The position numbers were made by a program, and so were the translations under genes. Positions 44,921 to 55,235 of a stretch of DNA of 64,000 bases are shown here, in pieces. The notes beneath the pieces are model-generated. The model saw only the letters and a program-made list of their open reading frames with translations, did not search any database and was not told the DNA's origin. The stretch's first letter is position 1, and the number at the start of each line of letters is the position of its first letter. This stretch comes from Gammaproteobacteria bacterium (GTDB lineage Bacteria; Pseudomonadota; Gammaproteobacteria; Burkholderiales; JAHFRG01): assembly GCA_041495205.1 (NCBI GenBank), contig JBGQCF010000005.1, positions 9,343-73,342 of the forward strand, in the 5' to 3' direction.

Positions 44921-45642
44921 CGTGCCGCCCTGAGTATGATAGTCTTCATTTCCCTCACCGCCCGCTGCCATCCTGAAAACAGGGCATAAGCAACTATGGC
45001 ATGGCCGATATTGAGTTCAGCGATGTGCGGGAGCGCCGCGATTTTCTGTACATTCTGGTAATGCAATCCATGGCCGGCATTAATCTGTAATCCCAGCTTG
45101 TTGCCGTAAGCCGCAGCGGCGCGTATGCGCTCAAGCTCTTTTTTTTGCTTGCCTGCGGTGGAGGCGTCGGCATAATGCCCTGTATGGATTTCAACATCGG
45201 GCGCCCCAGCGGCTTTTGCGGCCTCCAGTTGCCCGAGATCGGGGATGATGAATAGCGAAACACGCACCCCGGCATCTGCCAGAAGCATGCAGGCGTCCTT
45301 GATGCGCCTGAAATGCTTGAGCACATCGAGACCGCCTTCTGTGGTGAGCTCCAGGCGTCGTTCCGGAACTAGGCAGGCATGCTGTGGGCGTATGCGCCGT
45401 GCAAACTGCAGCATCTCCCTGGTGGCCGCCAGTTCAAGGTTCATCGGAACATGCAATTTCTTGCGCAGCACTACAACATCTTTGTCCTGAATGTGCCTGC
45501 GGTCTTCACGCAGGTGCAGGGTAATGGTGTCGGCCCCTGCTTTTTCCGCAAGCAGCGCCGCCTGGACTGGATCGGGATAAGTGGTCCCGCGCGCTTGCCG
45601 CAGCGTGGCAACGTGATCGATGTTAACACCCAGCCGTATCAT
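44917..45642 (-). CDS. pdxJ: Pyridoxine 5'-phosphate synthase
   Basis: The 241 aa ORF carries the blocks [24 protein letters not shown] and ELNIGHA. Confidence 0.95.
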   Translation of the reverse strand: MIRLGVNIDHVATLRQARGTTYPDPVQAALLAEKAGADTITLHLREDRRHIQDKDVVVLRKKLHVPMNLELAATREMLQFARRIRPQHACLVPERRLELTTEGGLDVLKHFRRIKDACMLLADAGVRVSLFIIPDLGQLEAAKAAGAPDVEIHTGHYADASTAGKQKKELERIRAAAAYGNKLGLQINAGHGLHYQNVQKIAALPHIAELNIGHAIVAYALFSGWQRAVREMKTIILRAAR

Positions 45643-45695
45643 TTTATCTTGGGCAAAAGTTGAATTATATCTGTATTAACGGCGGCTCAGTCGGC

Positions 45696-46448
45696 TTAGA
45701 AATGCTGCAGGTCCTTGAGCAGCTGGCGGGTGTGCAGTGTTTGGTTGCCCAGATAATGGTTGATCAGGAGGCGCATTAAAGCCTTGCTCTGTTGCAAGGT
45801 CAGCGGATCGCTGTAATCATCCAGCGCCATGTCCAAGAGCGTTTTTCCCAGAAACCGAAACTCATCCTGAGCGCCGTCAGCCAATACCGGCCCGTGCTCG
45901 ATGACATAGCGGTAGTAATGATCCGGTTTGACTGCTGCGCCGGTTTCCGTGTCGCGCTCCAAAGTCAGGGCGTAGCCCAGTTCTTTTAGCAGGCCGATTT
46001 CAAAGCGGCGCAATACCGCGGCGAGATTGTTTTGCGCGCCCAGCGCGAGCAGTGTTTGCTGGTAATAATTGAACAAGCGCTCATGTGGATCATCGCGCGG
46101 CAGTAACTTGAGCAGCAGCTCGTTCAGATAAAACCCGCAAAGCAGCGCCATGCCGACAAGCCGGGGCGGCCCTGCCTGCCATTCCGCGCGCCGCAAGGTG
46201 CGCAGCTCTGATTTGCCGGACCAGGACAGCAACAGTGGCTGGAATGCCAGCAGCACGCCCCGGAGCATTGATTTTGGCCGCCGCGCCCCGCGCGCCACCA
46301 ACGCCAGGCGGCCGAAATTTTGGGCAAATATTTCCACGACCAGGCTGGTTTCGCGAAACGGGTAGCTATGCAGAATAAAAGCAGGCTGCGAATCCTGTAT
46401 ACCCTTTTCCTGCCCGCTCATAGGGATTGCCTGCCCCGTATCACTCAT
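45696..46448 (-). CDS. recO: DNA repair protein RecO
   Basis: The 250 aa ORF has the block [13 protein letters not shown] and sits in the era-recO-pdxJ order. Confidence 0.9.
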   Translation of the reverse strand: MSDTGQAIPMSGQEKGIQDSQPAFILHSYPFRETSLVVEIFAQNFGRLALVARGARRPKSMLRGVLLAFQPLLLSWSGKSELRTLRRAEWQAGPPRLVGMALLCGFYLNELLLKLLPRDDPHERLFNYYQQTLLALGAQNNLAAVLRRFEIGLLKELGYALTLERDTETGAAVKPDHYYRYVIEHGPVLADGAQDEFRFLGKTLLDMALDDYSDPLTLQQSKALMRLLINHYLGNQTLHTRQLLKDLQHF

Positions 46449-47328
46449 AACCCAGTTTTTTCAAGGCCTGCGCATCATCCGCCCAGCCGCTTTTTACTTT
46501 GACCCAGACTTGCAAAAACACCTTACCGCCGAATAACTTTTCCATATCCTCGCGCGCCTGGGTGGCGATTGCCTTCAGCTTTTCCCCCTTGGCCCCAATG
46601 ATGATGGCTTTCTGACTGGACTTGTCAACAATAATCGAAGCCTGAATGCGGCGCAGGCCTCGCTCGAATGCAAATTCATCAATTACCACGCTTACCGCAT
46701 AAGGGACTTCTTCGCCTAGCTGCCTGAAAAGTTTTTCCCTGATCGACTCCGCTGCAAGAAAGCGTTCGTTGCGATCAGTGATTTCATCGGCCGGGTAAAG
46801 CGGGGGGTTTTCGGGCAAAAACTCGCGCACCGTCTGCAGCAATTCCTTGAGTTGCAGGTTTTTCTGCGCGCTCACCGGCACAATGGCTGCAAAATGGTGC
46901 TCCTTGGATACTTTCTCGATGAACGGCAATAGTTGTTTTTTGTCGGCGAGCTTGTCAATTTTATTGATCACCAGCAGCGTAGGATGACTGGAAAGCAGTT
47001 TCAACACCTGGCGATCGCGGCCATTAAACTGCAAAGCGTCGATCACCAGCAGCACGGCGTCAACATCCTGAAGACTTTGTACAACGGACCGGTTCATGGC
47101 CCGGTTGAGCGCGTTATGGTACTTTGTCTGAAATCCGGGAGTATCGACAAAAACATACTGCGCGTCGTCGTGGGTCAGTATGCCGGTGATGCGGTGACGG
47201 GTGGTTTGCGGTTTACGCGAAGTAATGCTGATTTTCTGGCCCACCAGGCGGTTGAGCAAGGTGGATTTACCGACATTGGGACGTCCGACAATGGCAATCA
47301 AGCCTGCGCGAAAAGAAGCGCTCGCCAT
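46441..47328 (-). CDS. era: GTPase Era
   Basis: The protein has G1 (GRPNVGKST), G3 (DTPG), G4 (NKID) and a C-terminal KH domain. Confidence 0.95.
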   Translation of the reverse strand: MASASFRAGLIAIVGRPNVGKSTLLNRLVGQKISITSRKPQTTRHRITGILTHDDAQYVFVDTPGFQTKYHNALNRAMNRSVVQSLQDVDAVLLVIDALQFNGRDRQVLKLLSSHPTLLVINKIDKLADKKQLLPFIEKVSKEHHFAAIVPVSAQKNLQLKELLQTVREFLPENPPLYPADEITDRNERFLAAESIREKLFRQLGEEVPYAVSVVIDEFAFERGLRRIQASIIVDKSSQKAIIIGAKGEKLKAIATQAREDMEKLFGGKVFLQVWVKVKSGWADDAQALKKLGYE

Positions 47329-47329
47329 G

Positions 47330-48001
47330 CTATGCGTTGCTGGCGAGCTGATACGCTTGCCTTGCCGCGTCCTGCTCGGCGCTGCGGCGGTTGGTTCCCG
47401 AACCTGAAGCGCGGATTTTCAATTCAGGGATGAAGCACTCCACGCGGAAATATTGCTGATGCGGCTCGCCTTCGGTGGAAACCACGCTGTATTGGGGCAG
47501 CGCGAGTTTTTTGCTCTGCAGCAGCTCCTGCAGCATGGTTTTGGCGTCCTTGCCCGGTTTCTGGGGGTCTATTTCCCCTAACAGCGAGGCGTACAGGGTA
47601 TGAATGACTTGTTCTGTACGCTCAAAACCGCCATCCAGGAACACCGCAGCAATCAGCGCTTCCAAAGCATCGGCAAGAATCGAGGGGCGGCGAAAGCCGT
47701 TGCTTTTAAGCTCCCCTTCCCCTAGCAGCACATGTTCTCCGAGGTTCAGCCGTTGCGCCAATTCAAACAAAGTCTGCTGATTGACCAGGTTGGCGCGCAG
47801 CCTGGAAAGCTCGCCTTCGCTGAGGTTGGGGAAACGCTGGAACAAAGCGTGAGCGATGATGCAATTGAGTATGCTGTCGCCCAAATATTCCAGACGCTCG
47901 TTGTTGGGAACGCCGTAACTGCGATGAGTTAAAGCCTGACGCAGAAGCTCCGGCTTGGCGAATGCATAGCCGAGCTGTCGGCAAACGCTTTGGCTATCCA
48001 T
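47330..48001 (-). CDS. rnc: Ribonuclease III
   Basis: The protein has the signature ERLEYLGDS and a C-terminal dsRBD. Confidence 0.95.
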   Translation of the reverse strand: MDSQSVCRQLGYAFAKPELLRQALTHRSYGVPNNERLEYLGDSILNCIIAHALFQRFPNLSEGELSRLRANLVNQQTLFELAQRLNLGEHVLLGEGELKSNGFRRPSILADALEALIAAVFLDGGFERTEQVIHTLYASLLGEIDPQKPGKDAKTMLQELLQSKKLALPQYSVVSTEGEPHQQYFRVECFIPELKIRASGSGTNRRSAEQDAARQAYQLASNA

Positions 48002-48015
48002 TTATCTGTTGCCGG

Positions 48016-48378
48016 TTATCTCCGTTTTGCCGTGGATGCTTGAAAATCAATGCAGGCCGTAATGTTGGCGACCAGAGGAATTTTTACCGAGTAGTCTGCA
48101 ATAATCGCCGACTCGTTGCCTTGCTTGACAATTTCCAGGTCTTCGCCTCTGACCGCGTTGATATTATCAATCATCGCGCGCTTGTCGAACAGGTTACGAA
48201 TCTCCTTGGCAGTAGCGGTTTGCAAGTCCAATTCCTTGGCTATGGCGTCCACCGCTTTCTGCACGTAAAAGTACTCGATATAAGACGGCAGTATCTTGAA
48301 CACGAGCAATGCCGCGAAGATCAACACAATCGTCAATGTCAGAAAACCTGACATGGTTATACCCTGCTCTCGTTTCAT
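48016..48378 (-). CDS. DUF4845-like small membrane-anchored protein
   Basis: The 120 aa ORF has one N-terminal TM segment and lies between lepB and rnc, as in many beta- and gamma-proteobacteria. Confidence 0.6.
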   Translation of the reverse strand: MKREQGITMSGFLTLTIVLIFAALLVFKILPSYIEYFYVQKAVDAIAKELDLQTATAKEIRNLFDKRAMIDNINAVRGEDLEIVKQGNESAIIADYSVKIPLVANITACIDFQASTAKRR

Positions 48379-48387
48379 GTAACCTCC

Positions 48388-49191
48388 CTATTCGACAGAT
48401 TGGCCAATGCGCTTCAGGTTATCAAAATTCCACCAGATCATAAACGCCTTGCCGACTATGTTTTGTTGCGGCACAAAGCCCCAATAGCGGCTGTCGCTGC
48501 TGCTGTCCCGGTTGTCGCCGAGCATGAAATAGTGTCCTGCGGGAACAGTGCAGTTGAAACCTTCTTCATTGTAGACGCAATTCTCGCGAAACGGGAATTG
48601 CCGCACCCCGCCGGTTTGAACCGCCGGCACCTCGGATTGGATGAGAATCGGGTGCAGACGGCCACCGAGGTTTTCGGTAAAACGTTTCGCCACAACGAAA
48701 TTCAAGCCTGATTCAACGTAATTGTACTCCCCGCCGGGCACGGCTTTCACCGCTGCGCCGTTAATCCACAATTGCTTGTTGCGGTAAACAATTTTATCTC
48801 CTGGCAGGCCGACTACACGCTTGATGTAATCCAGAGACGGGTTTTCCGGATAGCGGAAAACCATAACTTCTCCGCGCTTAGGCTCGTTGATGTCCAGGAC
48901 CTTGAGATTGATGACCGGCAAGCGGATGCCATAAGTGTATTTGTTAACCAGGATGAAATCTCCCACAAGCAGGGTCGGAATCATGGAACCGGATGGAATC
49001 TTGAAAGGTTCAACAAGAAAAGAGCGCAGAAGGAATACCACCAGTATCACCGGGAAAAAACTTTTGGGGTATTCCACCCACCACGGCTCCGCGCTTTTGG
49101 GCCGGCGCCGCGCTCTAAGCCAGAAATGGTCAAGCAGCCCGATGCCGCCGGTGACGATCAGGAGAAGGAACATGATAAGCGCGAAATTCAT
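48388..49191 (-). CDS. lepB: Signal peptidase I
   Basis: The protein has the Ser box (IPSGSMIPTL), the Lys box (YIKRVVGLPGD) and the block GDNRDSSSDSRYWG. Confidence 0.95.
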   Translation of the reverse strand: MNFALIMFLLLIVTGGIGLLDHFWLRARRRPKSAEPWWVEYPKSFFPVILVVFLLRSFLVEPFKIPSGSMIPTLLVGDFILVNKYTYGIRLPVINLKVLDINEPKRGEVMVFRYPENPSLDYIKRVVGLPGDKIVYRNKQLWINGAAVKAVPGGEYNYVESGLNFVVAKRFTENLGGRLHPILIQSEVPAVQTGGVRQFPFRENCVYNEEGFNCTVPAGHYFMLGDNRDSSSDSRYWGFVPQQNIVGKAFMIWWNFDNLKRIGQSVE

Positions 49192-50981
49192 TATTTCTCC
49201 ACTTGCAAAATCGCCAGAAAAGCTTCCTGGGGGATTTCAACATTGCCGACCTGTTTCATCCGCTTTTTGCCGGCCTTTTGCTTTTCAAGCAATTTCTTCT
49301 TGCGCGTGACGTCTCCGCCATAGCATTTCGCCAGCACATTCTTGCGCATTGCCTTGACGGTTTCCCTGGCTATGATATGCGAGCCTATTGCCGCCTGCAC
49401 CGCCACTTCGAACATCTGCCGCGGGATTAATTCGCGCATTTTTACGGCGAGCTCGCGCCCCCGGTATTGGCTGGTGGAGCGGTGCACAATCAGCGACAAT
49501 GCGTCAACTCTGTCACCGTTGATTAAGATATCCAGTTTGACAACGTCGGCGCTACGGAACTCCTTGAACTCATAATCGAGGGAGGCATAGCCGCGGCTTA
49601 CCGACTTGAGCTTGTCGAAGAAATCCATGACCACTTCATTGAGCGGCAGCTCGTAAGTCAGCATCACCTGCCGGCCCATGTATTGCATATTTTTCTGCAC
49701 GCCGCGCTTTTCGATGCACAACGTGATTACCGAACCGACATAATCCTTCGGCACCAGGATGGTGGCGGTGATAATGGGCTCGCGGATTTCCTCGATTTTC
49801 GAAGAATCGGGCATTTTAGACGGATTCTCGATTTCCATGACCGTGCCATCGCGCAACAGCACCTGGTAGATCACAGTGGGCGCGGTGGTAATCAACGCCA
49901 TTCCGTATTCGCGTTCCAGCCGCTCCTGCACGATATCCAGGTGCAGCAACCCCAGGAAGCCGCAGCGGAAGCCGAATCCCAAAGCCTGAGAGGTTTCCGG
50001 TTCATAATGCAGCGACGCGTCGTTGAGCTGCAGTTTCTCAAGAGCATCGCGCAGCGCGTTATACTCGTTGGAATCCACCGGGAAAAGGCCGGCAAAAACC
50101 TGCGGTTTGATTTCCTTGAATCCAGGCAATGCCTGTTTGGCCGGGTTGCTGGCCAGCGTTATCGTGTCGCCGACCTTGGCGGCCTTGAGTTCCTTGATGC
50201 CGGCTATGACAAACCCCACCTCTCCTGCGGATAATGCATCCTTGAGTTTGGCTTTTGGGGTAAACACGCCCACCTGTTCGCACGTGTAACCCGCCTGCGT
50301 GGACATCAGCAGTATCTTGTCCTTGGGTTTGAGCACCCCGTCCACCACCCGAACCAGTATCACGACGCCGACATAATTGTCGAACCAGGAATCGATGATT
50401 AGAGCCTTGAGCGGAGAGTCGACGCTGCCTTTGGGCGGCGGAATGCGGCGGATCACCGCATCCAGAATATCTTCCACACCCTGGCCGGTCTTGGCGCTGG
50501 CATGTACCGCGTCTTTTGCGGCAATGCCGATGATGTCCTCGATTTCCTCGATGACGCGCTCCGGTTCAGCGGAAGGCAGGTCTATTTTGTTCAGCACCGG
50601 CACCACTTCAACTCCCTGCTCTATCGCAGTGTAGCAATTGGCCACGGTCTGGGCTTCCACGCCTTGCGAGGCATCCACCACCAGCAGCGCCCCTTCGCAT
50701 GCGGCAAGAGAGCGCGATACTTCGTATGAGAAATCCACATGCCCGGGTGTATCGATCAGGTTTAAAAGATATGTCCGGCCATCGCGTGCCCGGTAGTTGA
50801 GCGCCGCGGTTTGCGCCTTGATGGTAATACCGCGTTCGCGCTCCAGCTCCATCGAATCCAGCACCTGCGGTCCCATCTCGCGCTCGCTCAAGCCCCCGCA
50901 GATTTGAATGATACGGTCCGCAAGCGTGGATTTCCCGTGATCAATGTGGGCAATGATGGAAAAATTGCGGATGTGATCCAT
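49191..50981 (-). CDS. lepA: Translation elongation factor 4 (LepA)
   Basis: The 596 aa ORF begins [20 protein letters not shown] and has the LepA-specific C-terminal domain. Confidence 0.97.
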   Translation of the reverse strand: MDHIRNFSIIAHIDHGKSTLADRIIQICGGLSEREMGPQVLDSMELERERGITIKAQTAALNYRARDGRTYLLNLIDTPGHVDFSYEVSRSLAACEGALLVVDASQGVEAQTVANCYTAIEQGVEVVPVLNKIDLPSAEPERVIEEIEDIIGIAAKDAVHASAKTGQGVEDILDAVIRRIPPPKGSVDSPLKALIIDSWFDNYVGVVILVRVVDGVLKPKDKILLMSTQAGYTCEQVGVFTPKAKLKDALSAGEVGFVIAGIKELKAAKVGDTITLASNPAKQALPGFKEIKPQVFAGLFPVDSNEYNALRDALEKLQLNDASLHYEPETSQALGFGFRCGFLGLLHLDIVQERLEREYGMALITTAPTVIYQVLLRDGTVMEIENPSKMPDSSKIEEIREPIITATILVPKDYVGSVITLCIEKRGVQKNMQYMGRQVMLTYELPLNEVVMDFFDKLKSVSRGYASLDYEFKEFRSADVVKLDILINGDRVDALSLIVHRSTSQYRGRELAVKMRELIPRQMFEVAVQAAIGSHIIARETVKAMRKNVLAKCYGGDVTRKKKLLEKQKAGKKRMKQVGNVEIPQEAFLAILQVEK

Positions 50982-50986
50982 GCGTC

Positions 50987-51013
50987 AAAAAAAAAGGCAC
51001 TGCCGTGCCCTTT
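50987..51013 (-). terminator. Candidate intrinsic terminator (GGCAC-GGCA-GTGCC hairpin plus U9)
   Basis: The minus strand reads AAAGGGCACggcaGTGCCTTTTTTTTT. The U tract ends 5 nt before the lepA ATG. Confidence 0.5.
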
Positions 51014-51018
51014 GCCTA

Positions 51019-51295
51019 AGGAACCTCTGATTAAGTCCCGCGCGGTTGCGACGGTGGCTTTCCGGGACGGTATGCGCGAAGCAAGACGCAGCCAAGGGTT
51101 AATCTCCTTGGCAAGCCGAGCGACAAAGCAGACCGCCCGGACAAGCCCTGTCCCTCCGGGTTGCGGTAAAATGCGGCGTCTGCGTCGTTGCGCTCCTCGG
51201 TGTCGTAGTCCTGGCTACGACCTTCGTCGCGCGCCTTGCATCCATCCGCATTTTGCCAGCAACGCAATCCGAGGAGGACTTAATCGGAGATTCCC
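51019..51295. mobile_element. MITE copy B (same family as 13021-13296)
   Basis: The termini are AGGAACCTCTGATTAAGTCC and GGACTTAATCGGAGATTCCC. The element is flanked by TA at 51017-51018 and 51296-51297 and lies in the mucD-lepA spacer. Confidence 0.8.
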
Positions 51296-51424
51296 TACAA
51301 ACAAAGTTTAATTTTAGCGGATTTTGGGATTGCCGTGTGGGTGTTGCCCAGTAAGCTCGGGCAACGCGCCAATCATGTCATGGCAAAGGCTGCAAGCACT
51401 GCCTGCCCAATACCGTGGTGGTTT

Positions 51425-52804
51425 TTAATTGCCATCGATGCGCAAGGGGATGTACAAGGCATTGTCACTGCGCCGCACCAGCAATGCGATATTGCGCCCT
51501 TTATCATATTTACCGATCAATTGGCTGAATTGATCGACCGATTTTACGTCCTGGTTATTAACAGCCAGAATGATGTCGCCGCGGCGTATCCCGGCGCGTG
51601 CCGCAGTACCCTGCACATCTTCAACCAGTATTCCGCCGCGAATTCCAAGCTCGCTGCGCTGGTCCGCAGTAAGGTCGCTCAAAGTTATTCCCAGGCGGTT
51701 GTCGGGCGTCTTGCCGTGCTTGCTGGAACGCTGAGCTACTTTTTCATCCGCCGGGATTTCACCAATCGTCAATGAAATATCCTTACTCGCGCCTTTGCGC
51801 CAAATCTGTACCGTCACTTTTGATCCCGGCTTTGTCGAACCCACAATGCGCGGGAGATCAGCCGAGCTATTGACCGTTTTGTCGTCGAATTTAAGAATCA
51901 CGTCGCTGGGCTCGAGGCCTGCTTTGTCAGCGGGGCTGCCTTTTTCCACGGAATTGATGAGCGCGCCCACCGGCTTGCTCAGGCCAAACGAATCGGCGAG
52001 CTCTTTCGTCACTTCCTGAATCACCACGCCGATGCGTCCGCGACTTACCTTGCCGGTGGTGCGCAATTGCTCGGTGATGTCCATTGCCACGTCAATCGGG
52101 ATGGCAAACGACAAGCCCATGAATCCGCCGGTGCGGCTGTAAATCTGTGAATTGATGCCGACGACTTCACCTTTCAGATTAAACAACGGCCCCCCTGAGT
52201 TGCCGGGGTTGATCGCGACGTCGGTCTGGATAAAGGGAACGAAATTTTCCTGAGGCAGCGATCGCCCCTTGGCGCTGACAATGCCCGCGGTCACGCTGTT
52301 CTCGAAACCGAAAGGCGAACCGATAGCCACTACCCATTCCCCAACCTTGAGTTTTGCCGGGTCCCCCAGAGTCACTTTGGGGAGACCTGTTGCGTCGATT
52401 TTGAGTAACGCAACGTCGGTGCGGCGGTCGCTGCCTATGACCTTGGCTTTAAATTCGCGCTTGTCGGTCAATTTAACCGTCACCTCATCAGCATCGGACA
52501 CCACGTGCGCGTTGGTGAGAAGATAACCGTCAGAACTGATGATGAAACCCGAGCCGAGGGATTTCGATTCAAACTCGCGAGGCACGGGTGGGGCGAAGCG
52601 CTTGAAGAATTCGTAGAAAGGATCGTCTTCGGAAAACGGCAGCTGGGGGATTCCCTGCTGGGCTTGCACGGTTTGCGTGGTGCTGACGTTAACCACGGCC
52701 GGCCCCTGCTTTTCCGCCAATTCGGTAAAATCGGGCAAATCCTTGGCTAGAACAGGCGCGATAAACGAAGTAAAAAAGACAAACGCCAAAAACAGTTTTT
52801 TCAT
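51425..52804 (-). CDS. mucD: Periplasmic serine endoprotease DegP/MucD (Do family)
   Basis: The protein has a signal peptide, the catalytic blocks TNAHV and GNSGGPLF, and two PDZ domains. Confidence 0.9.
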   Translation of the reverse strand: MKKLFLAFVFFTSFIAPVLAKDLPDFTELAEKQGPAVVNVSTTQTVQAQQGIPQLPFSEDDPFYEFFKRFAPPVPREFESKSLGSGFIISSDGYLLTNAHVVSDADEVTVKLTDKREFKAKVIGSDRRTDVALLKIDATGLPKVTLGDPAKLKVGEWVVAIGSPFGFENSVTAGIVSAKGRSLPQENFVPFIQTDVAINPGNSGGPLFNLKGEVVGINSQIYSRTGGFMGLSFAIPIDVAMDITEQLRTTGKVSRGRIGVVIQEVTKELADSFGLSKPVGALINSVEKGSPADKAGLEPSDVILKFDDKTVNSSADLPRIVGSTKPGSKVTVQIWRKGASKDISLTIGEIPADEKVAQRSSKHGKTPDNRLGITLSDLTADQRSELGIRGGILVEDVQGTAARAGIRRGDIILAVNNQDVKSVDQFSQLIGKYDKGRNIALLVRRSDNALYIPLRIDGN

Positions 52805-52900
52805 TGATTCACTTCCTTGTCTCGTTTAAAACCATCAGCGCTGCATTGGGAAGAATTATAGAGTATCCCGGAACAGAAAACGGTTTGCGGGCGTAGGCGT

Positions 52901-53872
52901 CTATTTGCCGGTGTAGTACACTGAATTGCCGATTTGCATTACGGTCATTGCCGGGGCTTCGCCCAACACTGTGATCTGGTATTCGTCCACGGGTTTGGTA
53001 TAAATATTCAGCGCGCCACGTTTTGACAGCCCGTTTAAAGGCTTAGCTCCGGAATTGAGCGGTTCGATGAATACCGACACCGCCGCCAACCCGTCAGAGT
53101 AAACGATATGCGAAATCGGCGCCGGCTTGCCGCTGATCATGCGCTTGACTTCCATGATTTTCCTGAATCCTGCGGGTGGGCTTTTGAGAGTCCATCCGGT
53201 TTCTGTGGACATCGGCCCGGGCTGCCCGGCGCGGTCATAACGCCAGCCCGCGGCTTTGGCTGGGTATTTCGGTTTAAGCATTTCCTCATCTATCGGCCCG
53301 CCGATATTTAGCTGTGTAAACGAAAATTGCTCCACCACTTCGTTTTTTTCGTCCAGCATGCTGGCTTTTAGCAGCAAGCCCGAATTGATATCCGCCCAAA
53401 AGCGGTGCCCGTAGCGCAGGCCGTCCTTGGGTTGCAGCACCAACCCCTGGCAATCGAACCCTGCAATGCGCTCCTGCTCGCCTTTTTTAATCACATAACT
53501 TTCGCCGAGGTTGCTTAAATACTCGGGAAGCAAGGCTGGGAAAGCCTTAGCCGCCTTGCGTTTCTCCACTTTCACGGTTTTGCTTTCCGGCAAAAAACAT
53601 TGCACTTCGTCGTTGTTGCGAATAATCTCGCGCGGCAGACCGTCCATGATTTCAAGTTTTTCGTGCTCACCGGAACCGTCCACCGCATGCACAATTCGGG
53701 AGGTTTCAACATGGTTGCCGTATTGGTAGATGAAAGTGCCGCTGTAATTCAATTGATGCGCGGCGGAAGCGATTTTCTGCAGCCACGCCAGGACGTCATC
53801 AGAAGGCGCGGGACTGTCCGCCAGCAGGGTTGGGGGCCAGGCTAGGAACAGGCTGAGCAGCAGGACTCTCAT
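52901..53872 (-). CDS. mucB: Sigma-E regulatory protein RseB/MucB
   Basis: The 323 aa ORF has a signal peptide and the block YSGTFIYQYGNHVETSRI. Its start forms an ATGA overlap with the rseA stop. Confidence 0.85.
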   Translation of the reverse strand: MRVLLLSLFLAWPPTLLADSPAPSDDVLAWLQKIASAAHQLNYSGTFIYQYGNHVETSRIVHAVDGSGEHEKLEIMDGLPREIIRNNDEVQCFLPESKTVKVEKRKAAKAFPALLPEYLSNLGESYVIKKGEQERIAGFDCQGLVLQPKDGLRYGHRFWADINSGLLLKASMLDEKNEVVEQFSFTQLNIGGPIDEEMLKPKYPAKAAGWRYDRAGQPGPMSTETGWTLKSPPAGFRKIMEVKRMISGKPAPISHIVYSDGLAAVSVFIEPLNSGAKPLNGLSKRGALNIYTKPVDEYQITVLGEAPAMTVMQIGNSVYYTGK

Positions 53873-54384
53873 CGGTTGGTTTCCGGGGCACCGTCCGAAA
53901 CTGTGCGTACGTAAGGCGCGACACCTTGTATCGTTGTGCTGGGTGAAAATTCCTGGTGGGCTAACAAGTATTCGTTGACATTGCTGTTGAGAGGATATCT
54001 GGGTAGGCTGGCCAAGGCTGCGGCATTGGATTGTTGGGTGGCCGCAAGGTTGTCTTTGGCCTTGTCGGTATTGTTTTGCAGGACTACCCAGGCCACCATG
54101 GCCACTGCGGCGAGCGAAGCGGCGATCGACAGTGCCGCGATCTTGGTTTTATGCAGCAGAGGACGGCGCGGCGCCAGGATAACCGGTTCCAGAGCCAGTT
54201 TTTCCTTGATGCGTTTGCCGAATTCTGCGGAAACGATGCCGGTTTGCCGCATCACGTCGCCAATCAGATGATAACCAAACCAGACATCGCGCAGCTCTTC
54301 ATCTTGCTTGAGTCTGGAAATCGCAGTAGCTGCGTCTTCCCGGTCCAGTTCACCGTCCATCAAGGCCGATATATCGTGTTTCAT
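53869..54384 (-). CDS. rseA: Anti-sigma-E factor RseA/MucA
   Basis: The start is set at MKHDISALMDGELD, the typical RseA N-terminus, directly after the rpoE stop. A central TM segment is present. Confidence 0.75.
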   Translation of the reverse strand: MKHDISALMDGELDREDAATAISRLKQDEELRDVWFGYHLIGDVMRQTGIVSAEFGKRIKEKLALEPVILAPRRPLLHKTKIAALSIAASLAAVAMVAWVVLQNNTDKAKDNLAATQQSNAAALASLPRYPLNSNVNEYLLAHQEFSPSTTIQGVAPYVRTVSDGAPETNR

Positions 54385-54386
54385 AA

Positions 54387-54986
54387 TCACCACCTCTTGT
54401 CTTTGCTGGTGCCGAGCATCGGCCGAAGTTTCTCGGCTATCGCCTCGCGCGCCCGAAAAATCCGCGAACGCACGGTGCCAATGGGGCAACTCATGATTGA
54501 TGCAATATCCTCGTAACTCAGTCCTTCAATTTCACGCAGCGTAATCGCGGTTCTAAGCTCGTCAGGCAGCTCTTGCAGCGTTTGGTTCACTGTGTTGGCT
54601 ATCTGCTTGCTCATCAACTCGTTCTCGGGCGTATTCAGGTCCTTGAGTTGCTCGCCATCCTCAAAATTCTCCGCGTCCGCGATATCAAACTCTGTCGTGG
54701 TCGGCGCACGCCGCCGCATGGCCACCAGATAGTTCTTCGCGGTATTGATGCCGATCCGGTACAGCCAGGTATAGAACGCGCTGTCGCCCCGGAACGACGG
54801 CAAAGCACGGTACGCCTTGATAAATGCTTCTTGCGTGACATCCTCGATTTCTGCGGCGTCACGTATGAAGCGGGATAACAGCCTTCCCAGTTTGCGCTGG
54901 TATTTGGCCACCAGCAACTCAAAGGCATGTTTGTCTCCGTGTTGTGCGCGTTCGACCAGCTGCTGGTCGATTTCACGATCACCCAT
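54387..54986 (-). CDS. rpoE: ECF sigma factor RpoE/AlgU
   Basis: The 199 aa ORF carries the blocks DQQLVERAQHGDKHAFELLV and DVTQEAFIKAYRAL and a region 4 HTH. Confidence 0.95.
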   Translation of the reverse strand: MGDREIDQQLVERAQHGDKHAFELLVAKYQRKLGRLLSRFIRDAAEIEDVTQEAFIKAYRALPSFRGDSAFYTWLYRIGINTAKNYLVAMRRRAPTTTEFDIADAENFEDGEQLKDLNTPENELMSKQIANTVNQTLQELPDELRTAITLREIEGLSYEDIASIMSCPIGTVRSRIFRAREAIAEKLRPMLGTSKDKRW

Positions 54987-55124
54987 GTGCAGCGATTCCC
55001 TGAATACCGCTCGTTATACTTGCAGACGCTGTAGCTTGCCATACGATCAATTTCTGGCAGCGGGCTAGTATACCTTACTTAGTTCAGTTCGCTCCCAAGG
55101 AAGCGCACACCAACACCTAGCCCT

Positions 55125-55152
55125 AAAGACAACCCCCCGGTTTAATAGTTCA
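55125..55152 (-). promoter_or_regulatory. Candidate sigma-E-type promoter (GAACTA-N16-TCTTTA) upstream of rpoE
   Basis: The minus strand reads GAACTAttaaaccggggggttgTCTTTA, which resembles the GAACTT-N16/17-TCTGA consensus. The -10 match is imperfect. Confidence 0.3.
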
Positions 55153-55235
55153 GTTTGGGTTAGGGTTATTCAAGCCCGGCACGCTGCGGCTGTCATGCCG
55201 GCTCTGTTATAGTAGGGCTTGTTTTAAATTGAGGA

